From positions 3,584,001 through 3,648,000 of the forward strand of contig OZ242374.1 in assembly GCA_965209055.1 (NCBI GenBank): a stretch of 64,000 nt of DNA. Direction: 5' to 3'. The translations under genes and the position numbers were made by a program. The notes beneath the pieces are model-generated. The model did no database searches. It was not told the DNA's origin and saw nothing but the letters and a program-made list of their open reading frames with translations. This document shows, piece by piece, positions 57,190 to 64,000 of the stretch (its first letter is position 1; every line of letters starts with the position of its first letter). This DNA comes from Acidobacteriota bacterium. Its GTDB lineage: Bacteria > Acidobacteriota > UBA6911 > RPQK01 > JAJDTT01.

Positions 57190-59889
57190 CTAGTTCCTGG
57201 ACTGCCGGACCAATTGTTCCAGGACCTGTTTCAAACGCTCCTGTTCCTCTCCGTAGGCGGCCCAGTTTCCCTCTCGCAGGTGTTTCTGACTCTGATTGAA
57301 GTGCCGCAGTGCCCGGACCATCAGGGGGCTGCCGCGTCCCAGTTCAACCTCGGTATCGACGGAAATCCCCGGCGTGGCCGCGGCCCGGAATTTTCCAGGC
57401 GTCTCGTCGGGCCAGATGGCGGCTGCCAAAGCTTCGTCCAGCGTCTCTCCAAGGGCCACGCGGTTATCGAACACAACGATGATCCGGGTCAACTCGGGGA
57501 TCATGCTCTTTTCCGCCTGCAGGTAGAGCGGCTCGACGTAGAGCAGGGTGTCCTCAATGGGGATCACCAGCAGGTTGCCGCGAATCACCTCCGAACCTTG
57601 CTGACTCCAGAGTGTCAGCAGGGGAGAAATGGTCGGGTCCTGATCGATGCGGGCTTCGATCTGAAGCGGTCCGTAACGCAGCTCCTGCTTGGGGAACTGG
57701 TAGAGAACCAGGGTCCCGTAGTGTTCCCCATCCGACCGGGCGGCCAACCAGGAGATCATGTTGTTCTTGTTGCGGGGGGTGTAGGGGACCAGAAGAATGA
57801 ATTCCTCCTCCTGAGACCCGGGCAGGTTCATGATCACGTAGTAGCTCTCCATGACCTGTTCCTGGTCCCGGTAGATCTCGGTGGGGATGTCCCACACGTC
57901 CTCCTTGTTGTAGAAGACGCTGGTGTCCCGCATGTGATAGGTGCGGAACATCTCCCGCTGGACGTTGAAGAGGACTTCCGGATACCGCAGGTGCAGCCGC
58001 AGGCCTTCGGGCATCTCTCCCAAGGGGCGAAACGTGGAGGGGAAGATGGCGGAGTAGACCTGAATCAGGGGGTCGTCGGGATCGGAGACGTAGAAGGTCA
58101 CATCTCCCAGATAGGCGTCGACCACCACCTTCAGTGAATTTCGGATGTAGTTGAACCCGCCGCGGGTCGGCTCCGAATAGGGATAGCGGCTGGTGGAGGT
58201 GTAGCCGTCCTGAATCCAGAAGAGGCGCCCCTCGTGGATCACCAGGTAGGGGTCCGGATCGAAATCCAGTCCCGGCGGAGCGATCTTGGGCACGCGGTCC
58301 TGGATGCGCCGGTGCAGCAGGACGCGGCTCTCGGACGTGAAGTCGTCGGCGAACAGGATCTTGTAGTTTTTCAGTTCCCAGGCGAAGAGCAGCTTTCGTA
58401 CGAAGGAGCCGATGCCGAGACCTTTCTCGGCCTGGTAGGTGGTGAAGGCGTTCCGGTCGCCGATGGGATAGTCGAACTCCTCCTGAGCGGTTTTGACGAA
58501 GACCGGGTTGTCGGTCTTCTCGCCAAAGTAGATCTCGGGACGGGTGATCTCGAAGCTCCCGTTGCTCTGGGGCGGGATGTCCTTGATGAAGAACTCGGGA
58601 AGTCCCTCCGGCGTGACCTCGTTGACGGGGCTCAGGCAGAGTCCGTAGCCGTGGGTGTAGACGAAATACTCGTTGATCCAGGTCTGGGCCTGCTCCGAGA
58701 TCTTGCTGAAGTCCAGTTCCCGGGCCGACAGCATCACCTGCCGGTATTTCCCGTCGATGACGTAGCGGTCCAGGTCAACCCCCTGGAACTCGTAGTAGGA
58801 GCGGATCGATTGAAGCTGGTTGTAGGAGTCCATCAGGGGCCGCCAGCCCCAGAGGCGGATGTTCCCGATGGTGGTCTCGTTGGCGGCCATGTCCTCCCGG
58901 GAGAGGTCGCCGCTCCCGGAGAAGTCGTGCACTTCGATCTTGTCCAGGTTGTACGCCTTGCGGGTGAGGCCGATGTTGTGCGCCAGGTAAGGCGTCTCCA
59001 TCTGCAGCTCGTTGGGTTCCACGATGAAGGTCTGAATCACCATGGGGTAGAGATTCAGGGCCAGGTACGCGATGCCGAAGAAGACTCCCGAATAGACGGC
59101 CGTTCGAAGGTTCTTCCCGAAGATGGAGACGGCGAAGGCGATGGCGGTCAGGACGGAGACGCCGGCCAGGATCATGGTGCAGGGAAGGCGGGCGTAGACA
59201 TCCGTGTACCCGGCGCCGAAGATGACCCCCTCCCGGCTATAGAGAATCTCGTAACAATTGAGCCAGAACCGTCCGGCCAGCAGCAGGAATCCCGCGACGG
59301 CCAGAATCGTCAGGTGCACTCGCGCCTCCTGGCTCAGTTGCAGGCGCTGCAGGTAGGCCAGGTGGCCATGGGTCACGTAGGTGATGGCGGCGGCGAGCAC
59401 GGAAAGGACGACCAGAACCAGTCCCAGATGGACCAGGAAGCTCAGGACCGGCAGGGAGAATATAAAAAACGAGATGTCCTGGGAGAAGACGGGATCCTGT
59501 GATCCCGTCGGCACCTGGTTCCAGAACTGGAGGAAGGTCAGCCACTGGCTCTGGACCACCATTCCCATCAGAACCGACAGGACCAGAATGGCGACCCAGA
59601 AGACGAATTGCGTGCCCTTCCGGGCTGTCGCCTGGAGTTCGGGACTCATCCAGTAGATGCCGTGGTGACGCCGTCCGGCCAGATAGAGGTTGGAGCCCAG
59701 GATCAGAAAACTGACGCCGAACCCGGCCAGCCAGAACAGGAACTTGGAGGCGAGTGTGGTCTGGAAGACTTCCAGGTAGCCGACGGCATCGAACCAGAGA
59801 TAGTCGATGTAGAGGCTGATCCCTCCGGCGAGCGCACCCCAGACCGTCAGAATCAGCAGCAGGGGGATCATCGTGCGTATTCTTCCCAT
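57190..59889 (-). CDS. UPF0182 family membrane protein
   Basis: DPVFSQDISFF, GAGYTDV, NIRLW, YTHGYG, NYIRNSLK, VIRGNLL. Confidence 0.93.
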   Translation of the reverse strand: MGRIRTMIPLLLILTVWGALAGGISLYIDYLWFDAVGYLEVFQTTLASKFLFWLAGFGVSFLILGSNLYLAGRRHHGIYWMSPELQATARKGTQFVFWVAILVLSVLMGMVVQSQWLTFLQFWNQVPTGSQDPVFSQDISFFIFSLPVLSFLVHLGLVLVVLSVLAAAITYVTHGHLAYLQRLQLSQEARVHLTILAVAGFLLLAGRFWLNCYEILYSREGVIFGAGYTDVYARLPCTMILAGVSVLTAIAFAVSIFGKNLRTAVYSGVFFGIAYLALNLYPMVIQTFIVEPNELQMETPYLAHNIGLTRKAYNLDKIEVHDFSGSGDLSREDMAANETTIGNIRLWGWRPLMDSYNQLQSIRSYYEFQGVDLDRYVIDGKYRQVMLSARELDFSKISEQAQTWINEYFVYTHGYGLCLSPVNEVTPEGLPEFFIKDIPPQSNGSFEITRPEIYFGEKTDNPVFVKTAQEEFDYPIGDRNAFTTYQAEKGLGIGSFVRKLLFAWELKNYKILFADDFTSESRVLLHRRIQDRVPKIAPPGLDFDPDPYLVIHEGRLFWIQDGYTSTSRYPYSEPTRGGFNYIRNSLKVVVDAYLGDVTFYVSDPDDPLIQVYSAIFPSTFRPLGEMPEGLRLHLRYPEVLFNVQREMFRTYHMRDTSVFYNKEDVWDIPTEIYRDQEQVMESYYVIMNLPGSQEEEFILLVPYTPRNKNNMISWLAARSDGEHYGTLVLYQFPKQELRYGPLQIEARIDQDPTISPLLTLWSQQGSEVIRGNLLVIPIEDTLLYVEPLYLQAEKSMIPELTRIIVVFDNRVALGETLDEALAAAIWPDETPGKFRAAATPGISVDTEVELGRGSPLMVRALRHFNQSQKHLREGNWAAYGEEQERLKQVLEQLVRQSRN

Positions 59890-60027
59890 GGTGTCGCCAC
59901 TTTACCCCAAAGGGGTGCCGGGCAGAAGGCGTTGGGCTGTCAACGCCGGACGACGCGGTTCCGGCGCGGAGAATCCGGCGTCATCCTGACGGCAACAGGC
60001 CGATTGAGAGGCGCGAGTGGACCGGGG

Positions 60028-60936
60028 CTACCAGGGCTCAATCCGGGTCACCGGTATGTTGCGGTAACCCAACTCCCGGTAGAGGGCCTGGACCTCGGGG
60101 CTCAGAAGGTAGTTCAGATAGCGTTCGGCCCAGGGATTGCTCACCCTCATCAGGGCGACGCCGTACCGGATCGGGACGCCCTTGAGCTCGGCCATGGAAT
60201 CGGGAACCTTGCCGGTGACCCGGAGAGTCGCCTGCGAGTAGGACGCGCCATAAAGGGTTTCACCCAGAGCGATTTGGGGAGGCAGGTCGAGAAAGGCCAG
60301 CCTGTTCTGGAGCGCCGTGGACCGGTAGAGAAAAGCCAGATCCAGGGCATCGGCCCGAAGCAGCGCCGCCAGCTCGCCCGACTCGGGACAGATCCAGCGC
60401 GAATCCAGCCCATTCAGGAGCCTCCGGTAGAGGCCGGGGCGTTCGTAGTGCATCTCCGCCAGCTTCCACACCATGTGGGCGCAGTAACCGGTCGGGTCCC
60501 GGTCGGGATCGGCGATGCCATAGGAGAAGTCCCGCTCCAGGAGAATCTCGTACCAGCGGCGATGGGACCGCCCGGAGAGCCGGGTCGCGCTCAGGAATTC
60601 GGGATCCCGGGTGGCCAGCACCATGTCGTTCCCCAGGAATTCGAAGGCGCGGGTCACGCTGCCGGCATCCAGGAGCCGCTCCAGCAGACGCCGGTCCGAA
60701 ACCGCCAGCAGATCCGGGCCCCGCGTCCGGCCCGGCAACTTGCGGATGAGGTCCAGGCCGGCCCCGGACTCGCGCACCACCACGACACCGGGATGCATGC
60801 TCTCGAACCGCTTGGAGACGGTCTCGACCAGGGGAGACAAACTGCCGGTGTGGAAAAAGGTGACGGTCTCGGTCGAAGTTTGGCACGAGGCCAGGAGTGC
60901 GGTGAGGATGAGCGTCGAAATTCGGCGGACGAACAT
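60028..60936 (-). CDS. Tungstate/molybdate ABC substrate-binding lipoprotein (WtpA/ModA-like)
   Basis: Lipobox LLASC, HTGSLS, DPDRDPTGY, YRSTALQ, PIRYG. Confidence 0.8.
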   Translation of the reverse strand: MFVRRISTLILTALLASCQTSTETVTFFHTGSLSPLVETVSKRFESMHPGVVVVRESGAGLDLIRKLPGRTRGPDLLAVSDRRLLERLLDAGSVTRAFEFLGNDMVLATRDPEFLSATRLSGRSHRRWYEILLERDFSYGIADPDRDPTGYCAHMVWKLAEMHYERPGLYRRLLNGLDSRWICPESGELAALLRADALDLAFLYRSTALQNRLAFLDLPPQIALGETLYGASYSQATLRVTGKVPDSMAELKGVPIRYGVALMRVSNPWAERYLNYLLSPEVQALYRELGYRNIPVTRIEPW

Positions 60937-61098
60937 GAATTGTGGGGGACGTCTCGGCAGCGTCCGGTCGTCGATTTTATCCCAGTGTTGCGGGATCATT
61001 GCAAATCTCCGGAAGCGGCCCGCTTCGGAGGCGCCGGAGCTTCAGCGCGGACTGTTATGCTTTCCGGAACGGGCACAACTCGGGGAATTGGGAATCCG

Positions 61099-61641
61099 AT
61101 GGGGACGGAAGCGGTGGATCGTTGGATGGAGGTCGCCTTGGAGGAGGCCCGGCAGGCCGCCCGTGAAGGAGAGGTGCCGGTAGGAGCCGTGCTGGTGCGC
61201 CATGGGGAGCTTCTGGCGCGGGACCACAACCGGAGCATCCAGAGATCCGATCCCACGGCCCATGCGGAGATCCTGGTCTTGCGAAGAGCGGGCGAGCTTC
61301 TGTCCAACTATCGATTGACCGGCTCGGACCTCTACGTGACGCTGGAGCCCTGCGCCATGTGCGCCGGCGCCCTGGTCTGGGCCCGGGTTGAGCGGCTGTT
61401 TTACGGCGCCCCGGACCTGAAGGCGGGAGCCGTATCCTCCCGGGTCGGCCTGTTGAAGCCGGGTCTGTTCAATCACGCCCCTGAGGTGGTGCCGGGCGTC
61501 CGGGAAGCGGAAGCGCGCCGGTTGCTGCAGGACTTCTTTTCCCGCCTCAGGACGAATCGCCGCGCCGGGGAGGGAGTCTCCCCCAGGAGAGCCGGAAGCC
61601 CCTTTACGGGACGGAAATCGGAGGATGTTCGTGCGGGTTGA
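61099..61641 (+). CDS. tadA: tRNA adenosine(34) deaminase
   Basis: GEVPVGAV, DPTAHAE, TLEPCAMC. Confidence 0.94.
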   Translation: MGTEAVDRWMEVALEEARQAAREGEVPVGAVLVRHGELLARDHNRSIQRSDPTAHAEILVLRRAGELLSNYRLTGSDLYVTLEPCAMCAGALVWARVERLFYGAPDLKAGAVSSRVGLLKPGLFNHAPEVVPGVREAEARRLLQDFFSRLRTNRRAGEGVSPRRAGSPFTGRKSEDVRAG

Positions 61642-62905
61642 GCTGGCGTACGGCAAGAACGGTCTTGAGGTGGAGCTTCCCGCGGAGGGGACGACGGTTC
61701 TGGAGCCCTCGTATCTCCCTGGGGTCCCGTGCGAAGAGGAGGCGCTCCGGCAAGCCTTCCGAAGTCCCATGGGCACACTCCCCCTGAGAGAGTTGGCGCA
61801 ATCCGGCCAGACCGTCGCCATCTCGGTATGCGACATCACACGCCCCATGCCCAGTTCCCGGGTTCTTCCCGTGCTGCTGGCCGAGTTGGAGCACGTGCCC
61901 AGGGATCAGGTCACCATCCTGGTGGCCACCGGCACCCACCGTTCCAACACCGTCGAGGAATTGGAGGGCATGTTGGGAGCGGAAGTGGTCCGCAACTACA
62001 GGGTCGTCAATCACCAGTCCTTCCGTCCCGAAACGCTCAGCTACCGGGGCGCCCTTCCCTCCGGGATTCCGGTTTGGCTCAACTCGATCTGGCTCGAGTC
62101 CGACGTGCGGATCACCACCGGCTTCGTAGAGCCCCATTTCTTCGCCGGGTTCAGCGGCGGACCGAAACTGGTGGCTCCGGGCCTGGCCGGGTTCGACACC
62201 ATCATGAAGCTCCACAGCGCTCCCCTGATCGCCCATCCGAGAGCCACCTGGGGGATCACCCGCGGCAATCCCATTCACGACGCCATCCGCGAAGCTGCCG
62301 CGCTCTCCGGCGTGGACTTCAGTCTGGACGTCACCTTGAATCGGGATCATGAGATCACCAGCGTGCATGCCGGCGAGATCTTCCGGGCCCACGGGTCCGC
62401 ATGCCGCTTTGCCAGGCAAACGGCCATGCAGCCGGTGGCCCGGCCCTTCGACGTGGTCGTCACCACCAACAGCGGTTATCCCCTGGACCTGAATCTCTAT
62501 CAATCGGTGAAGGGGATGTCGGCGGCGTCGCGAATCGTCCGCCGGGGAGGCGCCATCGTCTGTGCCGCGGAGTGCTCCGACGGGATCCCGGAACATGGCG
62601 AGTACCGCAGGCTTCTGGCCTCGACCACGGATCCCGCAAGTTTTCTGGATCGGATCCGCTGCGAAGACGTCACCACGCACGACCAGTGGCAGGTCCAGAT
62701 CCAGAGCCAGATCCAGCTCAAGGCCCGCGTCCTGCTGAAATCGGACGGGTTGACCCCCCACCAGGTTCGGAGCGCGCACCTGGAACCGGTTCGGGATCTG
62801 GAGGCCACCGTGCTGGGGTTGCTGGACGAAGCCGGTCCGGATGCCCGCCTCGGAGTCCTGCCCCAGGGCCCGCAGACCATTCCCTACCTGAGCACGCCAG
62901 GCTGA
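61625..62905 (+). CDS. larA: Nickel-pincer-dependent lactate racemase family
   Basis: DITRP, ATGTHR, EPHFFAGFSGGPK..PG, GYPLDLNLYQSVKG. Confidence 0.92.
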   Translation: MFVRVELAYGKNGLEVELPAEGTTVLEPSYLPGVPCEEEALRQAFRSPMGTLPLRELAQSGQTVAISVCDITRPMPSSRVLPVLLAELEHVPRDQVTILVATGTHRSNTVEELEGMLGAEVVRNYRVVNHQSFRPETLSYRGALPSGIPVWLNSIWLESDVRITTGFVEPHFFAGFSGGPKLVAPGLAGFDTIMKLHSAPLIAHPRATWGITRGNPIHDAIREAAALSGVDFSLDVTLNRDHEITSVHAGEIFRAHGSACRFARQTAMQPVARPFDVVVTTNSGYPLDLNLYQSVKGMSAASRIVRRGGAIVCAAECSDGIPEHGEYRRLLASTTDPASFLDRIRCEDVTTHDQWQVQIQSQIQLKARVLLKSDGLTPHQVRSAHLEPVRDLEATVLGLLDEAGPDARLGVLPQGPQTIPYLSTPG

Positions 62906-62932
62906 TTCGGGTGGAATCGGCCGGATGCCCGA

Positions 62933-64000
62933 TCAGCGGACGAACTGGAGGGCAAAGAGCTTCGTGTCCCTCATCACCAGGCGCAGGCGCACCGGCTGCC
63001 CGGCCAGGGAGGAAACGTCGGGGGAGCCTTTCCAGGAGGCCAGGTGGCGGACGCTGTTGCCGTTGACGCGGTGCGATTCGGCCAAGGTGAAGCCGGGGAT
63101 CGGAGCGCCGGCGGGATCCAGGATCTCGGTGCGGATGAAACCGCCGCCGCCGGTCTTGGCGTTGTACTGGAGCCTGGAACCGGTGAAGGTGAGGAGCGGC
63201 GTCGTAAGCTCTCCTCCCTCGTAGGCCGCGTCGGCCGAGACGAAACCGTCGAGGCGGAAGATGGCCCGGGCGGTCACGCAGGTCCAGTCGGCAGACTTGT
63301 CCATGGTCATATGCTCGCTGGGTAGACCGTTGTAGTAGAAGAAGAGCTGATCGCCGCTCTCGACCAGTCCGGCCCCATAGATCTGATGCTCCCAGGCCGA
63401 CCCTGGCGAACCCAGGGAGATCAGGGGCTGCCGGAAGGGCCGCTGCCAAACGATCCCGTCCCTCGAAAAGGTGAATTGGATCTCCAGGGTGTCAGTGGCT
63501 CCCGGGTCGACGCGATCGAAGTCGTCCGGGCGCCTGGAATACCACATGCTGGGAAACGCCACGTAGGCGTTCTGAGCCGGATAGTTGTAAGCGTAGATGG
63601 TGTAGACCTGCATGCCGTCGGGGTCCTGGAGATCCGGCTTGAGCACCACCGGAAGTTCGTCCAGCAGGCCGGTGACCGGAGATCCGGTCTGTCGCCCGAG
63701 CCGGCGGCGGGCCGGCGACATGAGGTCCAGGTCGAAGGCTTCACCGAGCCCGTGTTTGCCGGCGGTGGTCCGGCTGAAGACCCGCACCCGGTTGCGGGGA
63801 AGGTAGGCCCGGGGGTAGATGGCCCAGACGCCGGTGTCTTCGTCCCAGAAGACCGAGGTGGGCGCGCCCACGTAAAAGGGCATCACCGGCTCCGGGTCTC
63901 GCTGCCAGTAGACGCCATCGCCCGAGTACAGCAGGTAGACGCTCTGGGGATCGGCGTCCCGGGCCGGGGGCCAGGAGAACGAACTCGTATCGGGGGAGTC
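62933..64000 (-). CDS. Beta-propeller glycoside-hydrolase-like protein, 3' part (start outside window)
   Basis: Frame is open to the window edge. Asp-box-like YSGDGVYW and FSRDGIVW, RLDGFVS, and C-terminal GQPVRLRLVM...LFALQF. Confidence 0.7.
   Translation of the reverse strand, partial: DSPDTSSFSWPPARDADPQSVYLLYSGDGVYWQRDPEPVMPFYVGAPTSVFWDEDTGVWAIYPRAYLPRNRVRVFSRTTAGKHGLGEAFDLDLMSPARRRLGRQTGSPVTGLLDELPVVLKPDLQDPDGMQVYTIYAYNYPAQNAYVAFPSMWYSRRPDDFDRVDPGATDTLEIQFTFSRDGIVWQRPFRQPLISLGSPGSAWEHQIYGAGLVESGDQLFFYYNGLPSEHMTMDKSADWTCVTARAIFRLDGFVSADAAYEGGELTTPLLTFTGSRLQYNAKTGGGGFIRTEILDPAGAPIPGFTLAESHRVNGNSVRHLASWKGSPDVSSLAGQPVRLRLVMRDTKLFALQFVR

Noticed and set aside
59608-61098. 677-aa ORF implying a large N-terminal fusion on TadA
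   Set aside because: The upstream part is antisense to the WtpA-like and UPF0182 genes. TadA homology begins at about ATG 61099.
1-64000. tRNA, rRNA, known riboswitches, integrases or IS elements
   Set aside because: None recognised by eye. A covariance-model search would be needed to exclude small RNAs.

Overview
High-GC bacterial chromosomal window with dense coding and no rRNA, tRNA, CRISPR array or intact transposase recognised. The gene mix (glnS, mqnD, UPF0182, MoaD-MoeB fusion, many Tat/lipoprotein sugar enzymes) suggests Acidobacteriota or a similar lineage (inference). Layout: (1) 0-12 kb, sugar/nucleoside genes, including a HAD / deoxyhypusine-synthase-like / HldE-type kinase / epimerase-like / nucleoside-MFS operon; (2) glnS beside a small decayed islet with a broken vapC and mcrC and DUF1640-like fragments joined at a 10-bp microhomology; (3) 16-33 kb, a catabolic region with Tat-exported enzymes, a peptide-type ABC transporter and four PLP enzymes; (4) a B12 radical SAM gene and an ~845-aa tandem-duplicated class V FBP aldolase/phosphatase whose halves keep complementary motifs; (5) a CymR-like / cysteine synthase / JAB peptidase / ubiquitin-like-E1-rhodanese sulfur-relay operon among Fe-S, folate and Moco genes; (6) a lower-GC Hhe-like DUF4011-helicase-nuclease defence gene that reads on past its expected end; (7) tkt, moaA, UPF0182, a WtpA-like binder, tadA and larA. 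REP-like palindromes, including a 28-bp tandem array, occur in several intergenic gaps. All calls come from motif recognition by eye; no database search was run.
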